Assembly: GCA_965140705.1 (NCBI GenBank)
Contig: OZ223300.1
Span: forward strand, 1,600,001-1,664,000
Direction: 5' to 3'
Length of the DNA stretch: 64,000 bases
From: an uncultured Arcobacter sp.
Lineage (GTDB): Bacteria; Campylobacterota; Campylobacteria; Campylobacterales; Arcobacteraceae
Shown: positions 51,546 through 62,603 of the stretch, one piece after another
Layout of the letters: every line of letters begins with the position of its first letter
Position numbering within the stretch: the first letter of the stretch is position 1
Notes under the pieces: generated by a model
Databases searched by the model: none
What the model was told of the DNA's origin: nothing
Seen by the model: only the letters and a program-made list of their open reading frames with translations
Position numbers and translations under genes: made by a program

Positions 51546-52048
51546 TACTTTACTCTTTTCGCATTTTGTTCAATCCATTCAATTATCTCTTCTGGATTAT
51601 TTAAATCTAATCTTTTCATTCCCTCTGGAATATCTTTTATACTCTCATCAGTTGCAATTACATCAGTTACCTCAAAATAAGATTCTTCAATTCTATCCCT
51701 AAATATTGCTATTCTTGGAAGAGGTAAAGTTTTAAGACCTTCAACTAATAGATAATCAAATTCTCCAAACATATCTATAATTTCATCTATTGAAGAAGTT
51801 GTCTGTTTAAACATTGTAGTTCTAGTAGGGCCTACAACTGCGACATCTGCTCCTGTTTGAAAGAACTTAAAAGAATCTTTTCCTTCTCTATCAAAGCTAG
51901 CTTTATCCTTAGGATCATGCTTTACTATGCAAACTTTGTATCCCATATCTTGAAGAATACTTGATACTTTTATTACTAATGTTGTTTTCCCACTATTTGA
52001 GGGACCTGTAAATGCTACAGCTAAATGTTTTTTTGTATTTAATTTCAT
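51545..52048 (-). CDS. mobB: Molybdopterin-guanine dinucleotide biosynthesis protein B
   Basis: [23 protein letters not shown]. Confidence 0.93.
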   Translation of the reverse strand: MKLNTKKHLAVAFTGPSNSGKTTLVIKVSSILQDMGYKVCIVKHDPKDKASFDREGKDSFKFFQTGADVAVVGPTRTTMFKQTTSSIDEIIDMFGEFDYLLVEGLKTLPLPRIAIFRDRIEESYFEVTDVIATDESIKDIPEGMKRLDLNNPEEIIEWIEQNAKRVK

Positions 52049-52126
52049 TTTGGGATTTTATCTAAATGATGGTTAAAGTATCTTTAGTGTAAAATCACGA
52101 ACTTATTATATAAATTTGGAGAATTT

Positions 52127-52636
52127 ATGAACAAACTTTTGTCAATTATTTTATTTACTTATTTACTTTTTATAACTGGTTGTAGCTCTTATTCTATAAC
52201 GAAATACTTTGATAAAGATGAGTTTTTTCTTAATTCATTTCAATATACAAAAAAAGCAGATATTGTAAAAAATAATGAAGTTTTAGCTATATTTACTGCA
52301 ACATATTTAAATAAAGTTGATGATAAATATGATGATAAGTATGAAAATTTCATAGTTTCTGTTTATGTTGCAAATAATAAAAAAACTGGAACACCAATTA
52401 TAACTTTAGATAAGCAAAGTTATTCCCAAGATGAAATAAAGAATAAAATAAGCTATAAAGAAAACTATATAAAAATGGAAGAGATAAAAAAAGGTGCAAA
52501 AATGATTGAATCAATTCCTTTAAAAAATCCATGGGCAAAATATTATTTAATCAAATTTGAAAAAAACAAAGAAATAGAAAATCCAGTATTAACATATGAA
52601 TTTAGTGAGAAACAGAAGGCAGAGATAAGTTTTTAA
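52127..52636 (+). CDS. Putative lipoprotein
   Basis: Signal peptide with lipobox ITGC. Confidence 0.8.
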   Translation: MNKLLSIILFTYLLFITGCSSYSITKYFDKDEFFLNSFQYTKKADIVKNNEVLAIFTATYLNKVDDKYDDKYENFIVSVYVANNKKTGTPIITLDKQSYSQDEIKNKISYKENYIKMEEIKKGAKMIESIPLKNPWAKYYLIKFEKNKEIENPVLTYEFSEKQKAEISF

Positions 52637-53993
52637 AGAAATCTTCTAAACTTAGTTTTTTCTTATCAATAATCTTTGTATAAACAATATAATTTACAAT
52701 AAAATCTTTTGCTTTTTCACTCTCCATAAGCTCTAGGCTTAAATATGGTTCATATAAATTATTAGCGTGAAATAGATCAAATTTTAATTTATCACTTACA
52801 TACTCTTTATTTTTTATATATCCGTAAAAACAAAGCAAAGGGTTGGAATAATCAGCTTTTAAATCATCTAATATATAAGTAAAATACTCAATATTTATCT
52901 TAGGATCAAGAAGTTCTTCTTTTTTTGTAGATAAGTTATTTAAAATCATTATCTTTTCAGCTTTTTTTAGATTTATTTGCATCAAACCTAAGTTAAACTC
53001 AGGTGATACTTTATTTTCATCAAAAGAGCTTAAAGTCTTAGCAAAGGAGTTAATCAATACTTTTTTATCATCAGGATATTTTTTTAAAAAATCATAATCT
53101 AATACTTTAAAATTATCACCAAATTTTATTTTCTCTTTCAATTGTTGCTTTATATATAAAGTATAAATATTTAAGTCATTTGATTCTCTTAGTGCATTTA
53201 AGCTTTTCTCATCTTTGTTTAATAAATAAAGCCAAAAGTTAGCTTTGTCTTTATCTTTTTGATTAATAGCTTTTAATAGAGCATTCTCAAAGTATATATT
53301 TGTTTTAAGATCATACTTTTTATTTAAAACTCTATTTAAACCCAATAAAAAGGATACCTCATAATTATAATTTGAATCATCAAATTCTAAAAAAGTAGAT
53401 TGTAAGAAGTTTAACTTGGGATTTGAAATAACTACTGATAAAAACTTTTCAAACCTTTTGTCATCTTTTATCTTTTCTATAGTCCTAGAGGGAAGTCTAT
53501 AGTTTAGTTTTTCATATAAAAAGTTATTACTAACATTTAAATATAAATCATAAATTATATCCTTAGAAGATGAAACAACTTTAGTAAAAGGAATAGGGGA
53601 GTTTATTATTTTTAACTCTTTTGTTAAAAGAGGATAAGTACCTTCTATCTTTTGTATTATTGAATTTAATTCTAAGGCATTTAATTTAAGAGCTTTTTTT
53701 AGAGTAAGTCCAACGGCAATACAATCACTATATGAATCAACTAACTCTTTTGCTTTTGCATTTAGACACTGAGAGACAGCTAGCGTCTCATCAAGATCTA
53801 TCTTCCTTGCATATTCATCAAAAATGATTTTATTTACATTTGAGATATGTTCTAATATATTTATAGTATTTTCATATGATTTTTCACTATTTGATAGTTT
53901 AACATAATTGTCAAAATCATTTTTTAAAATATTCTCAGAGGAATATACATAAGAATTTATGAGAAAAAAGCACAAAACAGTCTTAAATCTCAT
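52602..53993 (-). CDS. Soluble lytic transglycosylase (Slt)-like protein, degenerate active site
   Basis: GLMQI, LLDPKINI, YEPYLSLELM; helical N-terminal region; position next to yggT; no ES catalytic motif. Confidence 0.75.
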   Translation of the reverse strand: MRFKTVLCFFLINSYVYSSENILKNDFDNYVKLSNSEKSYENTINILEHISNVNKIIFDEYARKIDLDETLAVSQCLNAKAKELVDSYSDCIAVGLTLKKALKLNALELNSIIQKIEGTYPLLTKELKIINSPIPFTKVVSSSKDIIYDLYLNVSNNFLYEKLNYRLPSRTIEKIKDDKRFEKFLSVVISNPKLNFLQSTFLEFDDSNYNYEVSFLLGLNRVLNKKYDLKTNIYFENALLKAINQKDKDKANFWLYLLNKDEKSLNALRESNDLNIYTLYIKQQLKEKIKFGDNFKVLDYDFLKKYPDDKKVLINSFAKTLSSFDENKVSPEFNLGLMQINLKKAEKIMILNNLSTKKEELLDPKINIEYFTYILDDLKADYSNPLLCFYGYIKNKEYVSDKLKFDLFHANNLYEPYLSLELMESEKAKDFIVNYIVYTKIIDKKKLSLEDFFKNLSLPSVSH

Positions 53994-54002
53994 AAAAAAT
54001 CC

Positions 54003-54281
54003 TTACATTCCCATAAATAATCTTCCTAAAAATGTTTCTAGGAAAATAAGTACTAAAATAAGAATCATTGGCGCTAAATCCATACCACCAAATACTGTAG
54101 GAATATACTTTCTTATTAAAGCATATGCAGGTTCTGTTAATCTATATAGCATTTGAACTATTGGATTATAAGGATCTGGTCTAACCCAAGAAATAAGGGC
54201 TGAAATAATTACCACCCACTTATACAAAAATATAACAGTCATTACAACTGTAGCAATTGAGCTTATTAATGCATCTGTCAT
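54003..54281 (-). CDS. yggT: YggT family membrane protein
   Basis: [23 protein letters not shown]. Confidence 0.92.
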   Translation of the reverse strand: MTDALISSIATVVMTVIFLYKWVVIISALISWVRPDPYNPIVQMLYRLTEPAYALIRKYIPTVFGGMDLAPMILILVLIFLETFLGRLFMGM

Positions 54282-55567
54282 TTTACAATTTCTCCCATAT
54301 AATTTTTAATTAGTGAATAAATAGCTGATAAATCTGGACCTGTATGTGTTCCTGTTAAAAGATATCTCAAATTTTTTGATAAGAATTTATTATCTAATTT
54401 TGTATTTTCTTTAATATATTTTTCTAATTCATTAAAATCATCTATAAAAGGAACAGAGGATAAACATTTTTTTAAATTAGAAAATTCATCTTCAAATCCT
54501 TCTAAAGAATCTTTTGAACTAAAAATTAAATCTATTTTAGCTTTTATCTCATTTATTGTACTTGCTTCATCTAAATATAGTTTTCCTAGCTTTCCAATAT
54601 CTGTATCAGCAAAACCTAATATTTTTGAAAATCTCATTTCATCTAAAGCAGCAATGTGTTTTTTATTGATAAATTTTAATTTTTCCATATCAAATTCAAC
54701 TGTATCATTTGAAACTTTTTTAATATCAAACCACTCAATAGCTTCTTCAATTGTAAAAATTTCACTTGGAGTTTTATTTCCTAATAATACTAAATAATTA
54801 GCAATTGCACTTGGTAAAAATCCTTCTTCTATAAAGTATTTTGCACTGTTTAAAATATTTTCTTCATTCTTATTTACATTTAAAATAGAGTTAAGATGTA
54901 TATAATCAATAATCTTAGTATAATTTAACTGATTTCTTACATGTATTTGTTTTGCTGTATTTTCTATATGTTTTTCATATCTTATTACAGTAGAGATATC
55001 ATAAAGCATATCATCAACAGAACAAGCGAAGTTATAAGTTGGTGTTTTATCATGTTTTAAAATGATAAAAGAATCAACATTATCTGGTTGAAAGCAAAAA
55101 TTTCCTTTAAGTAAATCAGTAAATTCAATAGTATTTTCTGGCTTTTTAATTCTAACTGTAAAGGGTGCATTACAGTTTAAAACTGTTTCATCAGATAAAG
55201 TTTCACAAAAACCATCATAACTAATTGCCTTTCCCTCTTCTTTACATTTAGCACTTATCTCTTCTAATTTTTCATCTGAACAAAAACAAGAAAAAGCTTT
55301 TTTTGAACTCATTAATTGCATAGTTAACTTTTGATGATATTTTAAATTTTCACTTTGATAAACAACAGCTTTATATTCAATAGAAAAAAGACTTAAAAGT
55401 TCAAGGGTTTCTTTATCATTTCCCTCAATAATTTTTTCCTTATCTAAATCCTCTATTCTTATTAAAAGTTCTTCATTTAACTGCTTAGCAACAATGTAGT
55501 TAAATAAAGCAACTCTTAGATTTCCTAGGCTCATAACCTCTGTAAGACTTTGTGAGAACCTTAACAA
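54278..55567 (-). CDS. gltX2: Glutamate--tRNA ligase 2-like protein with degenerate HIGH and KMSKS motifs
   Basis: [45 protein letters not shown]; position upstream of yggT-slt. Confidence 0.82.
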   Translation of the reverse strand: MLRFSQSLTEVMSLGNLRVALFNYIVAKQLNEELLIRIEDLDKEKIIEGNDKETLELLSLFSIEYKAVVYQSENLKYHQKLTMQLMSSKKAFSCFCSDEKLEEISAKCKEEGKAISYDGFCETLSDETVLNCNAPFTVRIKKPENTIEFTDLLKGNFCFQPDNVDSFIILKHDKTPTYNFACSVDDMLYDISTVIRYEKHIENTAKQIHVRNQLNYTKIIDYIHLNSILNVNKNEENILNSAKYFIEEGFLPSAIANYLVLLGNKTPSEIFTIEEAIEWFDIKKVSNDTVEFDMEKLKFINKKHIAALDEMRFSKILGFADTDIGKLGKLYLDEASTINEIKAKIDLIFSSKDSLEGFEDEFSNLKKCLSSVPFIDDFNELEKYIKENTKLDNKFLSKNLRYLLTGTHTGPDLSAIYSLIKNYMGEIVK

Positions 55568-55568
55568 A

Positions 55569-56852
55569 TTATTTCCTTACTATTGAAAATGATAAGTTTT
55601 CTATCTCTGCATGAGATTTAATATAACTATTAATTTGTTTTAAACTTAATTTTTCTATTTTTTCTAACTCTTTAGTTGAATAATCTTGATTTAAGCCTCT
55701 ATAGTAAAGAGTAAAAGCTCGATTTAATCTTTGGCTTAGAGTTTCTACTCTTAAAGGCTCACTTCCTGTTAAGAAGTTTTTAGCAGCTTCTAATTCATCT
55801 TTAGTGATACCTTTATTTACAAATTCATTTACAATTTTAACTACTAAATCTTTTGCTTCATTTGCTGTTTCATTTTTTGTTTGTAAATAACCTGTAAAGT
55901 ATGTATGAGATTTATTTATAGAAATTTGACCATAGGCACTATAGGCTAGACCTCTTTTTACTCTTATCTCTTCCATTAATCTAGAACCAAAACCACTTCC
56001 ACCTAAAATAAAAGAAGCTACTTTTGCAATATAATTATTTTCATCATCTACTTTTACATTAAAAGGACTTCCAAAATAGATATATGCTTGTTCAGTCTCT
56101 TTTATTTGCTCTTTAACAATTTTTTTATCAGAAGCCTCAATATCTATCATCTTTAATTCTTTTCCATGTTTGAAAGAACTCAAAATAGGTTTTAAATTAG
56201 TTTTTAACTCATCTAAAGAGATATCTCCACCTGCCACAATAATTAAATTTTCTAAAATCAAATTTGAATTAATAAAGTTTTTAACATCTTCAAGTGAAAT
56301 CTTTGAAATAGACTCTACTGTTCCATTTGATGGATTTTCTAAAGCAGTACCTTTAAAAAGTATTTTATTTAATTCATTTCTTGCTACATAATCATAATCA
56401 TTCTCTTTTCTTTTTAAAGAACCCGTTAAAATTGTTTTTATTTTTTCTACTGTTTCATCTTTATAATTAGGCGACTTTAGTAATTCATTTAATAATTCTA
56501 AGCCATTTTTATAAACATCTTTGATAGATGATAATTCTATAACAAATGTTTCAAACCCATGAGAGACATTTAATGAAATTGCTAAGTTTTCTAATTTTTG
56601 TGCAAACTTTGTACTTCCATCTTTTAAAGTACCTTCGTTTAATAATCTTGCAGATAAACCTGCTAAACCATTTTTATCATTATCTTTTATTGAACCACTA
56701 TTTTTGAAAACTAGTTGTAAATTAAAAGTTGGTAAAGAGTGTTGTTCTTCAAAAATAACTGGTATATTTATATTTCCTATTTTAATATGCTCTATTTGGG
56801 CACCCATTAAAAATCCTTGTATTATTAATAATATTAATGCTATTTTTTTCAT
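55569..56852 (-). CDS. M16 family peptidase, non-catalytic subunit type
   Basis: GLA.L..LLNEGT (no HxxEH), [19 protein letters not shown]. Confidence 0.88.
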   Translation of the reverse strand: MKKIALILLIIQGFLMGAQIEHIKIGNINIPVIFEEQHSLPTFNLQLVFKNSGSIKDNDKNGLAGLSARLLNEGTLKDGSTKFAQKLENLAISLNVSHGFETFVIELSSIKDVYKNGLELLNELLKSPNYKDETVEKIKTILTGSLKRKENDYDYVARNELNKILFKGTALENPSNGTVESISKISLEDVKNFINSNLILENLIIVAGGDISLDELKTNLKPILSSFKHGKELKMIDIEASDKKIVKEQIKETEQAYIYFGSPFNVKVDDENNYIAKVASFILGGSGFGSRLMEEIRVKRGLAYSAYGQISINKSHTYFTGYLQTKNETANEAKDLVVKIVNEFVNKGITKDELEAAKNFLTGSEPLRVETLSQRLNRAFTLYYRGLNQDYSTKELEKIEKLSLKQINSYIKSHAEIENLSFSIVRK

Positions 56853-56859
56853 ATTAGAA

Positions 56860-57927
56860 TTAAAACCTTTCTAATATCTCATATGCAGTATTTCTTTTAG
56901 CTGGATTTTCACCTATATCTCGTATTAATTCAATCATTTCATCTTGATTCATACAATTACTAGCACCTGCAGCAGCAACTACATTTTCTTCCATCATAGT
57001 ACTTCCAAGGTCATTTGCTCCAAATTTAAGTGCCATTTGACCAATATAACTCCCTTGAGTTACCCATGAGCTTTGAATATTAGGAAAATTATCTAAAAAA
57101 ATTCTTGAAACTGCTAAAAGTCTTAAATATCTATTTGAAGATTGAGGTTTTAAATCAGGAATTTCTTCTAATAATTTAGTATTACTACTTTGAAAAGACC
57201 ACATAATAAATGCTCTAAATCCACCAGTCTCATCTTGTAATTGTCTAATTAAATCCCAATGCTCAATAATCTCTTCATCTGTCTCAACTGTTCCAAACAT
57301 CATTGTAGCTGTTGTTTTCATACCAATTGAATGGGCAAGTCTATGAACTTCTAACCATTTACTTGCATCTATCTTTTTAGGAGCAATAATATCTCTTACT
57401 CTATCACTTAAAATTTCAGCCCCAGCCCCAGGAATAGAACTTAATCCTTTAGCTTGCAATCTTTTTAAAACTTCTAAGATAGATATTTTAGAAACCTTTG
57501 CAATATAAACAATTTCTATTGCAGAAAAAGAGTGTAGGGTGATTTGTGGGAATTTAGTATGAATATGTTCAACTAAATCTTCATAATAATCAATTTTTAA
57601 TTTTGGATGAACTCCACCTTGCATAAGTATTTGAGTTCCACCAATTTCAAGTAGCTCTTCTATTTTTTTATCAATCTCTTCATATGATAAAACATATGAA
57701 TCATCATCTCTCCCATGTCTATAGAAGGCACAGAATTTACAGTCAACCCAACATACATTTGTATAATTGATATTTCTATCAACTACAAAAGAGGTAATTT
57801 TATCGGGATGTAATTGTTCTTTAATTTTAGAAGCCATTTCTCCTAGTTCAACTAAAGAGGCATTTTGAATTAAATCTAATGCTTCTTTTTTCGTAATTCT
57901 ATTTGTTATACTCATTTTTTTTACCAT
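56860..57927 (-). CDS. mqnC: Dehypoxanthine futalosine cyclase (menaquinone, futalosine pathway)
   Basis: VDRNINYTNVCWVDCKFCAF, QGGVHP, PGAGAEIL, SSWVTQG, MMEENVV. Confidence 0.94.
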   Translation of the reverse strand: MVKKMSITNRITKKEALDLIQNASLVELGEMASKIKEQLHPDKITSFVVDRNINYTNVCWVDCKFCAFYRHGRDDDSYVLSYEEIDKKIEELLEIGGTQILMQGGVHPKLKIDYYEDLVEHIHTKFPQITLHSFSAIEIVYIAKVSKISILEVLKRLQAKGLSSIPGAGAEILSDRVRDIIAPKKIDASKWLEVHRLAHSIGMKTTATMMFGTVETDEEIIEHWDLIRQLQDETGGFRAFIMWSFQSSNTKLLEEIPDLKPQSSNRYLRLLAVSRIFLDNFPNIQSSWVTQGSYIGQMALKFGANDLGSTMMEENVVAAAGASNCMNQDEMIELIRDIGENPAKRNTAYEILERF

Positions 57928-57945
57928 AATTTACTCTTTATATTT

Positions 57946-60207
57946 TTAAAAAGATGATCCTAAAGCGAATTCAAATGTAGATGTTTTATCACCAGGTTTA
58001 TCATCTAGAGGTTGAGAGAAAATAAATTGAAGTGGACCAAATGGAGAAATCCATTCAAATAAAGCTCCTGTACCACTTCTTTTTACTTCAGAAAAAGAAT
58101 CTTTTCCAATCATACCATAATCATAAAAAACTCCCCATCTCATTTTAGATTTAGGAATTAAAGGAAAGGATAACTCAATACTATTTGTAAACATTTGTTT
58201 GTAAACTGTTTTATTTATTAAGTTATCATCTGGACCAAAGGCATATGATTCATAACCTCTTAATGATTTTGGACCACCCATATATAAAGAATCTCCTCTA
58301 TTTAGTTGTCCATTATCAATTAAATAATTTAAATTTGCTCTATATCTAAAAATCCAATCACTATCAATTAAATCTTCAAGTGAATGAAAATATCTAAAGT
58401 TTGTTAAACTCTTCAAATATTTAGAGTCTCCCCCAAGCCCTGCAAATTCTAAAGAAGTACCAGTTTTTATTCCCCTTCTTGGAACCATATAATCATCTGT
58501 ATTATCAAAATTAATATAAGGTGTAATAGAACTTGTTATATAATCTTGATCTACATCAGGAGGTAAAGTTTTTCCATCAGTATTATTTATATCTGTGTAT
58601 GTCTCATTAATCAAATCAAATCTATATTTTGAACCTGCGTATAAATTTCTTATAATTTCTCTTCCAGCTGATATAGAAAATCCTTTTGAAACTTTATCTA
58701 ATTGATAAGCCCCATTTTCAGTACCAGAATGATCTATTTCTTCTTCAGATTGATGAATTTCTATTCTTCCATTATATTTACTATCTCTAATAGCTGGATT
58801 ACTCAAAGAAAGTGCATAATTGTGATTTTTTTCTGAGAAATCAATATTTACAGCGGCTGCTAATCCAGATCCAAATACATTTTTTTCATTAATTCCTGCA
58901 TTTAATAATAATCCATCATAAGAACCATATCCACCACCAAGTGTAATATTTCCAGTTGGAGTCTCTTTTACATTTACAAGTAAATCCATAGTAGTATCAG
59001 TAATTCTTTTTTGTTCAATTATTACATCATCAAAAAAACCTGTTCTTTTTAGTTTATCTTTTGACTCATTAAAATCTGTAAGTGAAAATAAATCACCTGG
59101 GGCTAAATAAACATCTCTTCTTATAACTCTATCTAAGGTTCTACTATTCCCAGAAATTATCACATCTTTTATATAAACTTTTTTACCTGGAATTATATTG
59201 AATACAACATCAGCTGTACCTTTCTTTTCATCTTTATTTATGTCATATTTAACTTGAGTAAAAGCATAACCTAAATCAGATACTTTTGTTTTTAAAAATT
59301 CAACATCTTTTCGAAGTTTTTCAATATTAAAAACATCACCTTTTTCAAGCTTTAATTCACTATATAATGTTTTAGGATCAATTATTGAAGCATCAACGTA
59401 TATTTTTATATCATTTGTTTTATATTGTTTACCCTCATGGATGAAAAAATCTAAAACTGCATCATCTGAAGCAAAATTAATTTTCATAAATGGATCTTTA
59501 ACCGTAGAGTCAAGATAACCATTTTTAAAGTACTGATCTCTAATTCTTGGAGCATCATAAGGTAGTTGTTCCAAATTAACTTCTCCGCTGTTATTCCCAA
59601 ACCACCAAGGAATAAAATCTCTTTGATTATTTGCAGTTACTTCTGTGAAATCATCTGCTTCAAGTTTAGTAGCTCCATAATAATTAACTTTTCTAATTAA
59701 AATTTCATCACCCACATTTACATCAAAAGTAACAGCTACAGCATCATTATCTAAGTTTTCTACATTTACTTCAACAACAGAATTTACATAACCTTCTCTT
59801 TCTAAGTTTTTAAGTAAAATCTCTTTTGCATGCTTGATTTTAGAAGGAGTATACATAGTTCCTTTTTTTATACCCATTCTTGAATATAACTCTTCTTTAT
59901 CTTCATCTCTACTTTTGTAATTATTCATTTCTATATTAGCAATAGATGGTTTTTCTTTAAATATAAATTCAAGATTTCCATTGTTATTATTTACTTTTAT
60001 ATCATCAAAGTATCCAAATTTATAAAACTTTTTAATTGCACTATTAATTGATTTGTTATCTATATCATCACCAACTTTAAAGTTTATTGTTTCATCCGCG
60101 ATATCTTGAGAAATTCTAGATAAGTTAACATATTTTATTGACTGTATCTCTTGCCCATGCAAAAATGTAGCCAGTACTAAAGATGTATATAAAGCAGTTT
60201 TTTTCAC
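57946..60207 (-). CDS. bamA: Outer membrane protein assembly factor
   Basis: POTRA repeats (GNSRTLDRVIRR), LRGY, WISPFGPL, C-terminal F; GTG start. Confidence 0.96.
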   Translation of the reverse strand: MKKTALYTSLVLATFLHGQEIQSIKYVNLSRISQDIADETINFKVGDDIDNKSINSAIKKFYKFGYFDDIKVNNNNGNLEFIFKEKPSIANIEMNNYKSRDEDKEELYSRMGIKKGTMYTPSKIKHAKEILLKNLEREGYVNSVVEVNVENLDNDAVAVTFDVNVGDEILIRKVNYYGATKLEADDFTEVTANNQRDFIPWWFGNNSGEVNLEQLPYDAPRIRDQYFKNGYLDSTVKDPFMKINFASDDAVLDFFIHEGKQYKTNDIKIYVDASIIDPKTLYSELKLEKGDVFNIEKLRKDVEFLKTKVSDLGYAFTQVKYDINKDEKKGTADVVFNIIPGKKVYIKDVIISGNSRTLDRVIRRDVYLAPGDLFSLTDFNESKDKLKRTGFFDDVIIEQKRITDTTMDLLVNVKETPTGNITLGGGYGSYDGLLLNAGINEKNVFGSGLAAAVNIDFSEKNHNYALSLSNPAIRDSKYNGRIEIHQSEEEIDHSGTENGAYQLDKVSKGFSISAGREIIRNLYAGSKYRFDLINETYTDINNTDGKTLPPDVDQDYITSSITPYINFDNTDDYMVPRRGIKTGTSLEFAGLGGDSKYLKSLTNFRYFHSLEDLIDSDWIFRYRANLNYLIDNGQLNRGDSLYMGGPKSLRGYESYAFGPDDNLINKTVYKQMFTNSIELSFPLIPKSKMRWGVFYDYGMIGKDSFSEVKRSGTGALFEWISPFGPLQFIFSQPLDDKPGDKTSTFEFALGSSF

Positions 60208-60315
60208 GTGTATCCTTATAACTATTCTTATTAAAGCAGATAATATAACTAAATAAAGTTTATAGGATGATTAAGATATAATCTTTTTTCATAATAAATA
60301 ACAAGAGGGAATATA

Positions 60316-61146
60316 GTGAATATTGGAATTATTGGGTTAGGCCTTATGGGTGGTTCTATTGCAAAAGCTGTAAAAAAATATGCGATTGCAAAAAATGTAT
60401 ATGGATATGCAAGAAATGAACAAACTGCAAAAGAAATAGAGGACTTAAAACTAGTCGATAAACTAATGAGTTTAGAAGATTTAAAAAAGAATTCAGATGT
60501 AATTATTTTAGCTATTCCAGTTGATTCAATAATCTCTATGTTTGATGAACTAAAAGATGTACCAAAAAATACTACAATAATGGATTTAGGGTCAACAAAA
60601 GAGTACATTGTTAAAAATATTCCAAAAGAAATAAGAAAAAACTTTATTGCAGCTCATCCTATGACTGGAACTGAAAATTTTGGTCCTAAAGCTGCAATTG
60701 ATGGTTTATATGAGGGTAAAACCGTTGTATTATGTGATTTAGAAGATAATGATGAAATACATAAAAATAGAGCAATAGAGATATTTCAAAATATTGGAAT
60801 GAGACTTGTATTTATGAAAGCTTCTGATCATGATATTCATGCTTGTTATATGTCACACTTGCCACATGCCATATCTTATTCCCTAGCTAATACGGTTATG
60901 AGCCATGAGGATCCAAGATCAATTATCGCACTAGCTGCCGGTGGTTTCAAAGATATGAGTAGGGTAGCAAAATCAAGTCCTAATATGTGGACAGATATTT
61001 TTAAACAAAATAGAAAAAATCTACTTAAATCAATAGATTTATTTGAAATACATATGAAAGAAGTAAGAAATATGGTTGAAAAAGAAGAGTATGAAGCATT
61101 AGCTCTATGGATGAAAAAGGCTAATAGCTTACATGAGATACTCTAA
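60316..61146 (+). CDS. tyrA: Prephenate dehydrogenase
   Basis: GLGLMGGS, DLGSTK, HPMTGTE, HD..SHLPH, RVAKSSP.MW.DI. Confidence 0.95.
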   Translation: MNIGIIGLGLMGGSIAKAVKKYAIAKNVYGYARNEQTAKEIEDLKLVDKLMSLEDLKKNSDVIILAIPVDSIISMFDELKDVPKNTTIMDLGSTKEYIVKNIPKEIRKNFIAAHPMTGTENFGPKAAIDGLYEGKTVVLCDLEDNDEIHKNRAIEIFQNIGMRLVFMKASDHDIHACYMSHLPHAISYSLANTVMSHEDPRSIIALAAGGFKDMSRVAKSSPNMWTDIFKQNRKNLLKSIDLFEIHMKEVRNMVEKEEYEALALWMKKANSLHEIL

Positions 61147-61952
61147 AGTAACTGTATATTATTAATAGCTTCTTGAACTTTTATTGCTTGAAAATGTTCT
61201 TTTACATCATGACATCTCACAATTGAAGCACCATTTTTAATCGATTCTAAATGAATTGACAAAGTACCAGAAAGTCTCTCTTCTGGACTTGATTCTACAA
61301 TAGCATTTATCAAAGATTTTCTACTTGCTGCCATTAATAATTCAAATCCAAAATGGCTAAAATAATTTAAGTTTTTGATAAGTGTTAAATTATGTTGTAA
61401 ATTTTTCCCAAAGCCAATACCTACATCTAAGATAATATCTTTTATTCCAAAACTTTTTGCTTTTTCAACTCTTTGTTTAAAAAAGTCATCAATATCTAAA
61501 ATCACATTTTTGTATTCTGGACTTTGTTGCATATTTTGTGGATTATTTTGCATATGCATGATAATAACTTCAGCATTATATTTTGAAGCCACCTTACAAA
61601 CTTCATCATTTTTTAATCCTGTAATATCATTAACTATACTAAACCCTTTACATAATGCATAATCTAACACTTTAGGTTCATATGAATCTAATGAAAACTT
61701 CACTTTTTCATATAATTTTTCTTCATAAATTAAATCAATTATTGGTTTTACTCTACTTAGTTCTTCTTCAACTGAAACGGCAATACTTCCTGGACGACTT
61801 GAAACTCCTCCTAAATCAATTATATTTGCACCATCATTTATCATTTGTTCTATTTTTAAAACTGCACTTGAACCATAAAATCTACTATTTTTAAAAAATG
61901 AATCTTCATTGGCATTAATAATACCCATGATTTTTGTTTTGTTAGTTTTCAT
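61143..61952 (-). CDS. folP: Dihydropteroate synthase
   Basis: MGIINANEDSF, GGVSSRPG, VNDITG, DVGIGFGK, SRKS, RCHDV. Confidence 0.96.
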   Translation of the reverse strand: MKTNKTKIMGIINANEDSFFKNSRFYGSSAVLKIEQMINDGANIIDLGGVSSRPGSIAVSVEEELSRVKPIIDLIYEEKLYEKVKFSLDSYEPKVLDYALCKGFSIVNDITGLKNDEVCKVASKYNAEVIIMHMQNNPQNMQQSPEYKNVILDIDDFFKQRVEKAKSFGIKDIILDVGIGFGKNLQHNLTLIKNLNYFSHFGFELLMAASRKSLINAIVESSPEERLSGTLSIHLESIKNGASIVRCHDVKEHFQAIKVQEAINNIQLL

Positions 61953-61977
61953 AAAATCTCACTTTTTTGAAGTTGTA

Positions 61978-62601
61978 TTATCTGTGTTTTCTATGAATAA
62001 TTGTAAGAAGTAGAGTAGTTAATATATTAATTGGTCTTGAGTTTAACTCTAAAAGTTTTATTCCATTTGAGAAAACATCTAACTCTTTTTGAGTTAATTT
62101 TATTTTTTGAGAATTAATTTTAATCATTACTGATTCTATAATCGCTTTTGCTTCTTTTTTACCAATTTTTTGATTATCTTTTAAAAATTGATATAAACTT
62201 TTCAAATCCATTCTAAAAAAATCAAAATCGATATCAACTCTATCTATTTTACTTTTAAGATATTTATGTGGCATTCTTGAAAGAATAGTAGGTAAAATAT
62301 TAGATTTTGATGTTGTAATAATAACAAAAACTATATTTTTAGGTGGTTCTTCTAATACTTTCAATAAAGAATTTTGGGCTTCAACCCTAAAGCTATTCCC
62401 ACAAAGAACTATATATTTTGTCTCATTTGATGAAATATAAGCTTCTTTAATAACTTGTTGAGCCTGAGCTGTTAAAAAATCATCTTTTTCTTCATTTCTT
62501 ATAATTCTGTAACTATGTGCAGGAAAGGAAGGAAGTAGACTATTTAAAGTCTCATCTATATTATTAACAATTAGTATACTTGAACTATTAATATTAATCA
62601 A
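61978..62601 (-). CDS. holB: DNA polymerase III delta' subunit (short Campylobacterota type)
   Basis: AQNSLLKVLEEPP, ILPTILSR. Confidence 0.88.
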   Translation of the reverse strand: MININSSSILIVNNIDETLNSLLPSFPAHSYRIIRNEEKDDFLTAQAQQVIKEAYISSNETKYIVLCGNSFRVEAQNSLLKVLEEPPKNIVFVIITTSKSNILPTILSRMPHKYLKSKIDRVDIDFDFFRMDLKSLYQFLKDNQKIGKKEAKAIIESVMIKINSQKIKLTQKELDVFSNGIKLLELNSRPINILTTLLLTIIHRKHR

Positions 62602-62603
62602 TT

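Noticed and set aside
55569..56852. M16 peptidase lacking HxxEH as a novel pseudo-enzyme
   Set aside because: Non-catalytic M16 subunits are common and expected.
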